Positions 40,712 to 54,305 of a stretch of 64,000 bases of DNA are shown one piece after another. Position numbers and translations under genes: made by a program. Source of the stretch: Octopus sinensis (taxonomy: Eukaryota); assembly GCF_006345805.1 (NCBI RefSeq), contig NC_043018.1, positions 25,854,001 to 25,918,000 on the forward strand. Reading direction: 5' to 3'. The notes beneath the pieces are model-generated. The model had not been told where the DNA came from and did not search any database. It saw nothing but the letters and a program-made list of their open reading frames with translations. Within the stretch, counting starts at the first letter, position 1. Every line of letters starts with the position of its first letter.

Positions 40712-40870
40712 TACGGCGGGCTTCTTTCAGTTCTCGTCTACCAGATCCTCTCACAAGGCTTTGGTCGGCCTGAGGCTTTAGTAGAAGATATATTTGCCCA
40801 AGTTGCCATGTAGCAGGTGGGAACCCGGAACCGCGTGGTTGAGAAGTTAGCTTCTTACCACACAGCCACG
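40712..40870 (-). mobile_element. SINE family A 5' half
   Basis: gggcttctttcagttc...ctcacaaggctttggtcggcc...cttaccacacagccac. Confidence 0.8.
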
Positions 40871-41470
40871 CTAACTTTGCTTGTAATTGGCACATATATC
40901 CACGTCCTGATATACAAACGGATGCAGACTGAGCGTACGCACGTATTGGACAAGACATACAGAGTCACACATGGAATGACATGCATGCGTATACGCACAC
41001 ATACTTAACACTCACATATGCATACACACGCGTGCATGGAAACAGGTTTGAATTTATATTATAACGCGTATTTAGATAGCGAACACGCAGAATCTTTAGA
41101 GCTTCGGTAAAAAATTGCTTAGCGACATTTATTCATGCTCTTTAAGTTTTGAATCCAAATGCCACCAAGGTCCAGGTCGTCCTTCCTTTTGAGGTTGATA
41201 AAGTAAGTAAGAGCTGAACATGGGCTCGATGTAATCAATTTACCCCTCATCTCAAAATTGCTGGCATTGTGCGAACATTCGAATATGCGATGATATACAT
41301 TAGAATATTAATATCTGCTTGTGTATGGCTGCTGTTGGTCCGAAAGAACGGGGATATATGCAACCAGTTAAATTAGGAAACTAGAAGGAAATAGTTCTAT
41401 ATTTAAGAGATGAGGAATTATGTACATTACTTACATTCGACGGATATTTCACCTCATCTTGTTTGTTGTT

Positions 41471-41516
41471 AACACAACGTTTCGGCTGATATACCCTCCA
41501 GCCTTCTTCAGGTGTC
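41471..41516 (-). ncRNA. Candidate minimal (dimer-type) hammerhead ribozyme
   Basis: gacac-CTGAAGA-a-ggctgg[agggtata]tcagcc-GAAA-CGTT-gtgtt: 5-bp stem I, 6-bp stem II, palindromic AACGTT in place of stem III. Confidence 0.65.
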
Positions 41517-41603
41517 TTGGGGAAATTTCGAACATAGGTTCTCATTCCTAATAACATCGAATAATACCTTAGGAATGGGAACCCAGATTCGAAATCTCCC
41601 CAA

Positions 41604-41649
41604 GACACCTGAAGAAGACTGGATGGTATATCAACCGAAACGTTGTGTT
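41604..41649 (+). ncRNA. Partner hammerhead motif with two stem II mismatches
   Basis: gacac-CTGAAGA-agactgg[atggtata]tcaacc-GAAA-CGTT-gtgtt. Confidence 0.5.
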
Positions 41650-42950
41650 AACAACAAATAAGATGAGGACAAATATCCGTCGAATGTAAATAATGTAGAT
41701 GGAAATATATACAATATCTGGAGCCGAATCGTTGGACATTATAAGGTGTAAAGGTGAATAATAAATTCATAGCATATTAATCATACGCCGCGGACAAATT
41801 AACAAAATTATACGGAGGTTCTACAATTCAACAGATTGAGGGGGAAATTGATAACTTTAAATCATGAAACCATGAATTATGTTATTGGAAGAAAGAATAT
41901 TGGAAGAGGCAGTATCAGATACAAGTTTACTTCTAATTCATAAGGTGAAAAGATGAAGATAACTTAAGCTAAGTGCATTCAACCCCTTCTCAAGATCATA
42001 AATCATTTTGGTCTAAGATTTGGAATGAAAAGAAAGATTTTAATCAGAATTCATTATGGTAGAACCTGTCAAGAAAGAATGCTGCACCAACGTCAACAGT
42101 AAAACTTAAGTAATTGACTTTGAAACTTTCACGAAATCTACGAGAAAGATGAATAGTGAAGCCACCAATAAGAGAGTTAATAGTTGGACATTGATTGAAG
42201 TTCCACTCGAAGCCACTAACGTACATTTCAAATGACTATGGAAGACCAGAATGACATAACAAATTGGCTTGCTTTTGCACACAGGACAAATCTTCTAACG
42301 TAAAACGAAAACACCGACCTTGGTTATAAAAATTATGTACAAACTTTTACGAACTTATTTCAAAAAAATTCCTGAAAGACCATTGCGAGTCTAAGAATGG
42401 TATCCCAATGGTCTTGCTAGATCATTATGATGTAGTGACAGATAATTAGGTGGGTGTAAAAAGAGGGGTGTAGGGATGCGCTGAACAATTTTTGAGATTG
42501 TAAGAAGTCTTAAGTAAGAAGTAATTTAAAGTTGTTTTTCATCACATGTCCTGTGACCTCTTCAGCGACTCAACATCCCACGGGTCTCTTTCTGTTCTGT
42601 TTAATCTGAAAGACGGAATAACTAAATTTAAAGTTAACTATTGAAGTAAGAAAACGCCAGAGAAACCGTTTGACCGTATGGCTTGGCTATAGAAAAGCTT
42701 TCGATTCTATTCGCTATCTTTGACTGTTAAAGTCGTTGCAACTGGCAAAAGTACCTGCCGCCCTAGTACCTGCCTTTGAAAGACTCGCAAGGATCTGCTG
42801 AAAAATTATCGCATTTGGAACTGAAAGAGAATTGATTGTTTCTGTTATTATGTATATTTTTGTTGTGGGAGGATTCCGACCATCCCACCCCCATGTGACT
42901 AAAAGTGGATTGATGCATTCCAATATAATAACGAACTATTGGGTTGATAC

Positions 42951-43481
42951 GAGCAATTGACTGTGAGCAATTGGCAGTGGGCAGATGACAGTGAGCAGTT
43001 GACTGTGAGCAGTTGACAGTGAGCAGTTGTAAGTGGGCAGTTGACAGTGAGAAGTTGACAGTGAGCAGTTGACTGTGAGCGGTTGACAGTGAGCAGTTGG
43101 CAGTGGGCAGTTGACAGTGAGCAGTTGACAGTGAGCAGTTGACAGTGGGCAGTTGACAGTGAGCAGTTGACAGTGAGCAGTTGACAGTGGGCAGTTGACA
43201 GTGAGCAGTTGACAGTGAGCAGTTGACAGTGAGCAGTTGGCAGTGGGCAGTTGACAGTGAGCAGTTGGCAGTGGGCAGTTGACAGTGAGTAGTTGACAGT
43301 GGGCAGTTGACAGTGGGCAGTTGACAGTGAGCAGTTGACAGTGAGCAGTTGACAGTGGGCAGTTGACAGTGAGCAGTTGACAGTGAGCAGTTGACAGTGG
43401 GCAGTTGACAGTGAGCAGTTGACAGTGAGCAGTTGACAGTGAGCAGTTGGCAGTGGGCAGTTGACAGTGAGCAGTTGACAG
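42951..43481. repeat. 14-bp minisatellite (GCAGTTGACAGTGA), ~38 units
   Basis: Direct reading; variants GCAGTTGGCAGTGG and GCAGTTGACAGTGG. Confidence 0.97.
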
Positions 43482-45400
43482 AGGGTTGAGCCTCGTGTAA
43501 CAGTAATCATATTGCGTCATGTGAATACTTTCTTTCCGTCCGCTTCGTTAAATTATTTATCCAACACCAGGATATAAAGATTTTACATGGACTATTCCAA
43601 TGTCTGCGATTCTGCTAATTTTGGCACTATACACAGCAGTATTTCTTTTGAGAAATTCCAGGTGTAACGGTCTACAGCAGCGAAAGACCTAAATTAAATA
43701 TTTTGAGTATAGATCTAAAGATGTCAATACGCTGAATACTTACAGTTAGAATTAATCACATCAGTTTCTACAGATACCGGGATGGAATTTCGCCAAAAGA
43801 AAAACTTCTATTCCACAGTGGAGCTCGGAAAAGCTGTTTCCTCAGACCAATAAATTTAGCTTCAATGGTCTCTCTTTCTCTCCTGTTGCACAACGAGTGC
43901 TACAAATATCTACTTATTGATGAAAATATATCATTCAAAGTTGCTGTGTACAAAGATAGAGTGAGCAAACATATGATAGCCGGAGTTTTCCTCTTACAAG
44001 ACAATATCTTGCAATATCTACGGATCAGATACTGATACTAACATTTGGAATCTTTGACTGGTCTTTAAAGGAAATATATTAAAACCTGAAAGATCCTGAT
44101 ATCGACTCACAAGCGTTCTCAGAAACACTGACATGAATCTCAGAAGAAAATAAAGGTTTAGACCAATATAGACTACAGAATCTCAGAAGAAGAAAAAGGA
44201 ACGAATTGGTTTTAGACCAGTATGGACTACATTCGAATCTCGTGTTATATCATTCAAACAGTATCTGCTTGAGTAATGTCATGAAAATCAAATACACAAG
44301 CTGAGTACTCAAAAATAAAGAAAATAAAAGGAATGGTATTTTACAGGTTGATGGGGAGTTCCCCAAAAAGCATTCACTTTCTGATAACTTCCAACATTAC
44401 GCCAAAATTGCAAGACTAGCACAACCCCCGAAAGAACTAGAAGGAAAACGATATGCATCCCACGAAAAAGGTGATGCATGGATATATATTTGCTAAGTAT
44501 GAAGAGGGTGGTAATATTAGCACGAAGTGTAGCCACTCTTGGATATGTAAGCGTTACATCAAGCCACACGTTGAAGTGTATACATCTGCAATCCCATAAC
44601 GGATGACAGCTACAATCTATTTAAAGAACAAAGAACAATGGGAAGCTGTTAAGCTCCCATAGTGGCACTGAAGATGTCGATTATGTCACGTTTCCATGGA
44701 AGATATTACGCGTCATATAACAGCTGTTCAAAATGTGAAGGGACAACCTCCCATGGCAACATGATGTTTCATAAAACAATGCACGATGTCATTCTGTGAT
44801 AAATGTAGACAGCTATTTATAGTTCTTGAATACATGCAAGCATATCAACACAAAGAAAATTAGTTAAACATTTGGATTAAAATTTCTGCCAAGTACAAAC
44901 AAATAACACAGATGGTTATTTAGAACGGAAAAGGAAAATTATAAGCGGTTATAGAGAGCAGATACCTTGCAGGTGAGAAAAACCTTTTCTAAAAATCATA
45001 AAAGCAGTTACAGAGATCAGCCATCTTGCAGATGTGAAAACAGACGTTCTAAATTCAGTAAAAAAGAGAATATATATTGTTGACTGCTTTAAAAAAGTGT
45101 AGCTTCCCTACCCTGATAATAATTTCACGTTTATCCCAATAATTGTCGTTACACTTGCCTATGTTATTAATGTGTTTAGGTGACAATTAAAAAGAGGTGA
45201 GATTCTTAACCAACGAAAATAATCAAATAACCTAACAATCATATTACAGAGAACAACTTGTAAGCGGAATAGTAAAAATGGGCGAAATTTTTCTGAAGTT
45301 CATTTGGAGACCTACATCTTTCTTTTAGGGAGAATTTAGATAATTAAAAACAAAAATATACACATATACATACAAGCATATATAATTATATTCATGCATA

Positions 45401-45710
45401 CAGGGTATTCGGATTAAATTTGACAGTTTGCATAGAAGGAAGCGAAAACACAATAACCCATCCAAAATAATAGTATTTTAAAAAAGCAAAAAAATATCAA
45501 ATAGATTGTAGCTGGGAGATAATATTTTACTCTTGACAGCCGCCATCATACTCCACCTCTGCCTCAAGATGAGTCTGGAACCTGGCACATACGTTCTTCA
45601 TTGTGTCCCTGGGAAGATCTTTGAACACTTCCTTCATCTTTAGCTCCCAGATCGAGATTAGTGTTGCAGGAAGAGCAGTTAGTGTCTTTCTTAACTGCGC
45701 CCCACGGTAA
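45401..45710 (-). mobile_element. Tc1/mariner-superfamily transposase C-terminal relic with one TIR
   Basis: TIR-like cagggtattcggattaaatttgacag after TA; minus-strand translation WGAVKKDTNCSSCNT...KMKEVFKDLPRDTMKNVCARFQTHLEAEVEYDGG. Confidence 0.7.
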
Positions 45711-45994
45711 CAACTAAGTTCACCACCATCAGGTCATCGCAGGTTAGTTCACCGCCATCAATTCAGTGTGAAGATGTTCGCAGTGAGGAAAGTTTACCGA
45801 AAAAATATATCCTTAGTAACTCACCATTAATAGTTAAAAACTATTTTATTGAAAAAAATACACTCACACATATAAACATATATACATACACACACACACA
45901 CTCATATATATATATATTGCTATATTTCGGAATGGTCATTTTGCCAGTTTAGCCCCCCACCCAAAAAAATGACAAAACAAACAAATATTTAAAC

Positions 45995-46037
<43 letters not shown>

Positions 46038-46914
46038 CATACATAGACACGCAGCTGCAAACATAGATACACATAAATACGTGCACATTTACATACACAC
46101 AAACACCTACATACATGTATGCATACACACATGCACTCCAATACAAGCGGACAGAAAAACGGGCATCCAGCCAGAAAAGGGTCATGCAGATAACCATTAA
46201 GTATAACAGTCAAAGGTATGGCGGAAACAAAAGGGACGTTTACAAATTTACTTTAACGGTACAATATGTGTGAGGGTGTATGTATGTGTGTGGGGTTTGC
46301 GTGTGTGTGTGTGTGTGTGCCGGTGTGTGTGCCGGTGTGTATGTGAGAGAGTGTGTGTGTGCCTTTGCTTGTGTGTGAGTGTTCGTGTGTGCGTGTTTGT
46401 GAGAGAAATAGTGTGTGTGTGTGAATGTGTGTGCGTTTGCATGTGTGTGTGAGTGTGTGTGTGTGTTTGCGTGTGTGTGTGTGAGTGTGTGTTTGTATGT
46501 CTGTGTGAGTGTGTGAGTGTGTGTGAGTGTGTGTGTGTGCATGAGAGTGTGAGTGTGTGTGTGAGTGTGTGTGCGCGAGTGTGTGTGTGTGTTGTACGTA
46601 TTTACGTAAGAGAGAGTAAACGTTAGTACATAAGTGTGTGTGTGTCTGTATGTGTGTGTGAGAGAGAGACAATATGCATTGAATATGGGAAGTAAAATAC
46701 CACATAATTCTCTTGAAGCTGTTTCGCATAAGAACCTCATCCACTTCATAGCTTCGCCAATTCCACTCTTCCTGTAAATTTGCCAAATTCTTGCGTATTT
46801 GGTCATTTTTTTACCACTTATAGAGAAATTAAGAACGATATACATCTCAGTGTGTGTGCGTGTACACACACACACACACACACGCACACACACACGAACA
46901 CATACACATCCTTT

Positions 46915-47147
46915 TATTCTTTTATTCTTTAATTTGTTTCAGTCATTTGACTGTGTCCATGCTGGAGCACCGCCTTTAGTTGAACAAATCCACTCCAGAA
47001 CTTATTCTTTGTATGCCTAGTACTTATACTATCGGTCTATTTTGCCGAAACGTTTAGTTACGGAGGCGTAATCACACCAACAAGCGATGGTGGGGGCTGG
47101 TCAAACACAGACACACAAACATATACATACATACATACATACATACA

Positions 47148-47199
<52 letters not shown>

Positions 47200-47296
47200 A
47201 GGCTTTCGTTGATTCGAGGCTATACTAGAAGACACTTGCTCAAGGTGTCACGCAGTGGAACTGAACCCGGAACCATAAGGTTGGGCAGCAAGCTTC
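46915..47296 (-). mobile_element. SINE family A
   Basis: tttcagtcatttgactgtgtccatgctggagcaccgcc...gcagtggaactgaacccgg. Confidence 0.85.
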
Positions 47297-47726
47297 ATGT
47301 GTGTGTGTGTTTGTGGGTGTTTTTGAGTGTATGTGTGTGTGTCTGGACAGATATTACAGTTTCTTGCCTGTCAACGGTATATTCATATAAAGTATAATCA
47401 TCCATCAATGAGTGTTTTAATATAACATTCCTTCTATTGCATATTACAGAATATGTGTGGTTTTGATTCTAATCTTTCCCGTTATACCATTCGCATACAC
47501 ATACGTTTTTTCCTTGAAGAAGTACTACTTTCCGAAGCGTTAGATTATTTCATTCTCAACTCACTAAAAATCAAGTAACGTACTTTATTTCGTATTTTCA
47601 ACTATGAACTATTTTAGTTAGTCTACTGCCGAATCAGCCAGCAAAAAGGATTATCTTAAATTCTCTGGCAACAGGTCTGTTTCACATTAAATTTGGCACA
47701 GATGTCTATATATCTCTCTCATCATG

Positions 47727-47777
<51 letters not shown>

Positions 47778-47899
47778 TATATATGTTTCAGACTGGGGCA
47801 GGTGTGTATGGATGTATATATGTATATCTGACACAGTTTTTTTATAAATCTATTCGTATAGAACAAGTAACTGGATGCCTAAAGATAATCTTTACCACT

Positions 47900-48700
47900 C
47901 TTATTATCATCATTATCATCATCATCATTATCATCATCATCGTCACCACCATCATCCTCATCACCGTCATCATCAGCACCACAACCGCAGCCATCATCAG
48001 TACACATATTTCTACTACAACACCATCAAAAGTGCCACCCCACCACCGCCAAAATCATCATTATCATCGTTATCAATCATCATCTTAACCAGACACATCC
48101 TCCTCATCCACATTATCATCATCTCTTCTACCACCATCATCATCATCATTATCGTTATCATCACCAAAATCAATGTCATAATCATATTCGTCATCAGCAG
48201 CAGCAGCACCATTGTCAATAACTCCACCATTATCATCATCCCCATCATCATCATCCCCATCATCATCATCATCATCATCAACATCATCATCATCCCCATC
48301 ATCATCATCATCATCAACAACATCATCATCATCCCCATCATCATCATCCCCATCATCATCATCATCATCATCCCCATCATCATCATCCCCATCATCATCA
48401 TCATCCCCATCATCATCATCCCCATCATCATCATCATCATCATCCCCATCATCATCATCCCCATCATCATCATCCCCATCATCATCATCCCCATCATCAT
48501 CATCATCCCCATCATCATCATCCCCATCATCATCATCATCAGCAACATCATCATCATGATCATCATCATCATCATCATCATCACTACCACCATCACCACC
48601 ACCACCACCAACAACAATTTCATTAATACCAAGACAACCGTCACAATCAGAAGCATTAATTCTATCGAAAAATCTATCAGCGCTGCCATCATCATCATCG

Positions 48701-48738
<38 letters not shown>

Positions 48739-48832
48739 TTCATCATTGTTATGATCATTGCAATCACTACTACTACTACTATACTACTACTACTACTACT
48801 ACAACTACTACTACTACTACTTATACTACTTA

Positions 48833-48876
<44 letters not shown>

Positions 48877-49520
48877 ATACTACTACTACTACTACTACTA
48901 CTTATACTACTTATACTACTACTACTACTACTACTTATACTACTTATACTACTACTACTACTACTACTACAGCTAATAGGACTGCAACTGTTCTTACAAC
49001 CATCCCCATCTCTACCGTTATCATCACCATCATCACCACCATCACCACCACCCTTCATCACAACCATCATCACCATCATCATCACCACCACTACCATCGC
49101 CACCACTCTTCATCACGACCATCATCATCATCATCACTACAACCACCATCACCACCACCCTTCATCACGACCATCATCATCATCATCATCATCGCCACCA
49201 CCATCATCATCATCATCATCAGTACCACCAGCGTCGTCATCATCATCGCCATCATCATCGCTGATACTACCAATACTGTCATCATCGCCAACTTCATTAC
49301 CGCATCTACCCTCACCTTCCCTGTAACCATTCCCTACCACTACCATAACCACCACCATCGCCACCACTGATATCACCACCGTAACCAATAGCAACAACTC
49401 CACTACACCTTTTTTAACAATAGGGCCATCATCACCACAACGAAAGAAGGCCCATCCCCCAACGCCGCCATCATCGCAACATTCACTAATACTTCATTCA
49501 ACACCACCAACAACAACAAC
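47900..49520. repeat. Compound (CAT)n/(CAC)n/(TAC)n tract with (CCC)(ATC)3-7 higher-order units
   Basis: Direct reading; source of the 483-aa poly-I/L and 363-aa poly-M/S pseudo-ORFs. Confidence 0.95.
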
Positions 49521-49734
49521 ACTTCAGAACTTCGATACGCGGTAAGATGGCCTGCTAGAAATAGCAGCAACCTGTCACTGAAGTCGCAGTTTGTTATTGT
49601 CTTCAGTAAAGGACACAATAAATATATAATGTAGTTTTGAGAAGGGTTAGTCATGGATAGGGCGCTTTTAATTATAGGTTTGCTCGACCAAATTTGACCT
49701 GGGACTAAATAACAACAACAACAACAATATTGAT

Positions 49735-49870
49735 ATCGGTTTCGAATTTTTGGCACGAGGCCAGGACACTTGTGGGAAGGGGATAAGTCGTTTACAGCGA
49801 TCCCAGTGCTCAACAAGTAATTATTTCATCGATCCCCGAAAGGATGAAAGGCAAAGTCGACCTCGGCGGA
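49735..49870 (-). mobile_element. SINE family B 3' fragment
   Basis: gatccccgaaaggatgaaaggcaaagtcgacctcggcgga. Confidence 0.8.
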
Positions 49871-50974
49871 ATAACAGCAAGATTGATGTTAGTATTAAAA
49901 TGTAGACATGCCGACCTATATTAGTTTCATTAACGAAGAAAAACAAAACGAAATGAAAACAAAATAAATAACTAGATAAATAAAACATAAGACGCCAAAA
50001 AAACTATAAAGGAAAAAAAAAACAAAGTAAAATATAAGAAAAAGAACAAAGAAAAATTTAAAATAAGAAATAAAAAAGCGTTCAATAAAACCAAAATATT
50101 TTCCGACATAAATAAAATCACGGAAAACAAACGTGGAAAAGAATCTAGGTTATTGTTGTTTGGTTTGGCCACGTCTCAAGAAGTTGTCCTTACAAACAGG
50201 TTTTTGGTGCCGAGAAGAGGATCTTTAATCAAAGCCGCTTGTTTCTTATGAGTGTATTTATAGATGGTAAAACGCATTTTGTTTAGTTGATGTTTTTTTA
50301 TGTAGTTTTGCATCTCCTTTGGTGTGAACGATAGCGACGCATGTCTGAGATGTTAATCATTATATACCTATCCTCGTTTATCACGGGTGATTGCTTCTAA
50401 AATTGCATAACACCGTTTTAAATGAATCGGTGTGATTAATGCGTAATTGAACTTATGAGAAAAATAGGTTTCATTCCGCAAGCCCAAGTTCATTCCACGG
50501 CCCACTTAACGTACCCAAATAACACTTACAAACAGTTTTTAAACATAAATGATAATTCTTTTGGAGGACAAAGAGACTCGAAGCAGATAAAGCTGTAAAT
50601 AACAGCGAGTCAATAAAAGGGTTTAAAAGCATCCTTTGGATAGGAAGAGTCGAGCGTTCCATGTGAAGCTCCAACCCACATCTTCTGTAAACATGACAGG
50701 CGTTCTAACTTTGGAGCAAAGTAAAAATTCGTATTTTTTCATCCGTTTTAGAAACATTTCTTACCACCGAGAATTGTATGTAGCTGACGTCATAAGAATT
50801 TAGAAACTTCGGAAGAACGTGAAATATTTCTTTTTTTTTTTTTTCGGAACTGAAAGCAGATGAAAGCAATAAATAACAGCATATAAATATAGGGGTGCGT
50901 GGCTTAATGGTTAGGGTGCTGGGCTCAAGATTGTGCCTTCCAATGTTTACACTTAAAGGGTTAAATTATTCTTT

Positions 50975-51316
50975 TATCTCTTTCAATCATTTGACTGTGG
51001 CCATGCTGGAGCATCGTCTTTTAATCGAACAAATCGACCCCAGGACTTATTCTTTGTAAACCTTGTACATGTTCTATCGTTTTCTGTTGCCGAACCGCTA
51101 GGTTAGAAAGACGTAAACACACCAACATTGATTGTCCAGCGATGGTGGGAGCAAAGACAAACACAGAGACACAAATATATATATATGTATATACGACAGG
51201 CTTCTTTCAGTTTCCGTCTACCAGATCCACTCAACGCTTTGGTCGGCCCGAGGCTATAGTAGAGGACATTTGCCCAAGCTGCCACGCAGTTGGACTGAAC
51301 CCGGAACCATGTGGTG
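50975..51316 (-). mobile_element. SINE family A (5' end missing)
   Basis: Tail catttgactgtggccatgctggagc through ggactgaacccggaaccatgtgg. Confidence 0.85.
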
Positions 51317-51917
51317 GTGGCGGCGGTGGTACTGATCGTGGTGGCAGCGCCAATGGTGCTGATGCTGGTGATGGTGATGGTCGTGGCAGCGACGACGGTG
51401 TTGGTGTGGGGGAGGTAGTTGCGGCGATGGTAGTGGTATAACTCATCTGTAGGTAGATACTATAGGGTGGTGCTTACCCAAGTAAATTGTTGATAGTTTA
51501 GCGTTTAGTGATAGGTTGTCTCTATTCTAACCAAAATAGAATAGCATGGAGTACGTAAACACACGAGGCAAAAATGAGTGAAATACGTGAACAACGAGAA
51601 AAATATGGAAAACAGGACTAGTCATCACAGAGAAAGGATCCTCCTCCATCAGTTTTCGGCTGTCTATCTACTCCTCATTTCGCGCATTCAACGACAATAT
51701 GAATCTTCAAAGACAGTTGCACCCATAAATTCTAAAATAAAATTTACGATTTATGGAAGGGTTAAGTTGGGAACAAATAATAACAGTGAAGACATACAAG
51801 GAAAACGAACGAAAACAAACATGGGGGGTCGTTAGACCAGAATGAAAGGAAAATAGTGAACGCTGGGAGAAACTTTTTTTGTGAAAATAGAAAAGATAGA
51901 AATATACATATATACAT

Positions 51918-52327
51918 AGGCGCAGGAGTGGCTGTGTGGTAAGAAGCTTGCTTCCTAACCACATGGTTCCGGTTTCAGTCCCACTGCGTGGAACCTTCGG
52001 CAACTCTCTTCGACTATAGCCCTGGGCCGACCAGAGATTTGGTGGACAGAAACTGAAAGAAGACCGTCATATATATATATATATATGGGGGTGGAGTGTG
52101 TGTGAGTGTGTGAGTGTGTGTGTGAGTGTGTGTTTCTATGTGTATGTATTTGTGCCCCACCATCGCTTGACAACTGATGTTGGTATGTTTACGTCCCCGT
52201 AACTTAGCGGTTCGGCCAAAGAGAACGAGAGAATAAGTACTAAGCTTACAGAGAATAAGTCCTGGGGTCGATTTGTTCGACTGAAGGTGCTCCAGCATGG
52301 CTGCAGTGAAAATGACTGAAGCAAGTA
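51918..52327 (+). mobile_element. SINE family A, full length
   Basis: ggcgcaggagtggctgtgtggtaagaag...ggtgctccagcatggctgcagtgaaaatgactgaagcaagta. Confidence 0.9.
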
Positions 52328-52630
52328 GACAGAGCTGGTCTACCCCTCTCTCTCTCCCGCCGGACACAACATCCTGTATGCTGCGTTCAGTTGGGGAAGG
52401 TAGGACTGAGAGAGTGTCTACGTCTGCACGCGATCAGAAGTGCATCTAAAGTAATTATCGGAAGCGTGGTACAAGCTGCCAGGTCATTAGCCGAACGACG
52501 GCTAATCTATCTCTTCGTCGGACTCTGTCGGCCGTACTTCCTCTCCCTCCACCTTTTTCCCTGACGCTCCTCCCCCTAAATATATATGCATATATGTATA
52601 GGTATACATGTATACATGTGTGTGTGTGTT

Positions 52631-52684
<54 letters not shown>

Positions 52685-52721
52685 TATACCTCTGTATTAT
52701 TATAGAAAAAATATAAATGTC

Positions 52722-52768
<47 letters not shown>

Positions 52769-53103
52769 CTGTGTCTGTGTGTATGTGTGTCTGTGTGTCT
52801 GTGTGTGCGCGTGTGTGTGTATGTCTGCGTGGGTGTGTGTGGCTGTTATATGTATATGCATGTATATATATTTATATATAAATACGTTTTAAGAATACAT
52901 ATGTATTAGTATAGACAAAGCATAGACGTCTGTATACATATCTTTGATTGTCTATGTGTGTGAGCAAATGTGTGTATGTATGTGTGCATGTATGTGTCTG
53001 CCAGTATACATGTCTATATATATATATACATATATATATATACATATATATATACACATATATATACATATATATACAACACACACCACACACACATATA
53101 TAT

Positions 53104-53167
<64 letters not shown>

Positions 53168-53256
53168 TTCACCATAATATACATCAATAGAAGTCTGGCA
53201 GGACAGATAAACAGATAATAGACAATAACATAGCAACAGGCAAAAGACAGTGAACA

Positions 53257-53295
<39 letters not shown>

Positions 53296-53451
53296 CACAC
53301 ACTCATACACACAGAGTCACACAGCTGCACAGTCACGCAGTCACATATACAGACACACACACACAGACACACGCTGCTTGCAGAAATATAAATATTCATT
53401 ATACATGTAACCAGTATGTTTCTGCCTTTCTCTCTCTCTCTCTCTCTCTCC

Positions 53452-53491
<40 letters not shown>

Positions 53492-53767
53492 ATCACTCCG
53501 TCTCGCTTTCTTCACCTTCTCCTACTCCCTCCCTCTTCTCATTTTTTCCGCTCTTTCCCTTTTAGCCGGGCAGTCGAACATGTAGTGGCAGTATGATGCA
53601 CTCAAACACACGTAGTACTTAAAATGTGTTTGTATATTTATGTATGTATATCTATATTGTTAGATATATACATATATATATATATGTGTGTGGTATGTAT
53701 GTATGTATATACGCACAGACACACACACACACACACACCACACACACACACACACCACACACACATA

Positions 53768-53804
<37 letters not shown>

Positions 53805-53966
53805 ATATACATATATAGTACGTGTTGTGTGCGTGTATATAATGCAAATATGCAAATATGCATATATATATGTGTGTACTATATGTGTGTACTATGAGGA
53901 AAAATCAAAACCAAGGCAGAATGAGTATCATTCAGAATAATTTAATTAGGGTAAGGTGAATTTGAA

Positions 53967-54042
53967 GCCTTACAGCCGTTTCGGGGATAACCTAAGTGGT
54001 AGATTAGCATTTCGACGCACTGGCTATATCGTCGTCAGAGAC
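53967..54042 (-). ncRNA. Candidate hammerhead motif with weakened stem II
   Basis: gtct-CTGACGA-...-GAAAC-ggct-GTA-aggc; 4-bp stem I. Confidence 0.45.
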
Positions 54043-54305
54043 AAGGTATGCATATTTTTGACGGGGAAATTATATTCACAGTTTATAAGGATATATAATA
54101 GAAGAATAAAGAGTAAAGATAGAAGAATAAAGAGTAAAGATAGAAGAATAAAGAGTAAGAATAACGTTACTCTCCTGATTGAATTCTACCTTCAATCTTT
54201 ATTCTTGTATTTACTCCTTTATTCTGTTTTATTCTTTATAATCTGTGAATATATTTTATTCCTTGTAAACTATAAATTTTCCCTGTCTAAAATATTCATG
54301 CTTTT

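Larger units (their letters stand above)
41427..41697. mobile_element. Palindromic PLE-derived element, ~125-bp arms, one hammerhead motif per arm
   Basis: 41427-41551 is the reverse complement of 41571-41697 with scattered mismatches; ~19-nt spacer. Confidence 0.85.

Noticed and set aside
42899-43520. ~200-aa Cys/His-periodic ORFs (STAHCQLLTVNC) that might suggest a metal-binding repeat protein
   Set aside because: Translation of a 14-bp minisatellite whose unit is not a multiple of 3, so the same peptide cycles through all frames.
47875-49326. 483-aa poly-I/L and 363-aa poly-M/S ORFs
   Set aside because: Trinucleotide repeat artefacts, open on both strands.
53430-53590. Long polypyrimidine tract plus TTTAG as a splice acceptor for a micro-exon
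   Set aside because: The tract is largely (CT)n microsatellite and the downstream donor is weak; unsupported without RNA data.
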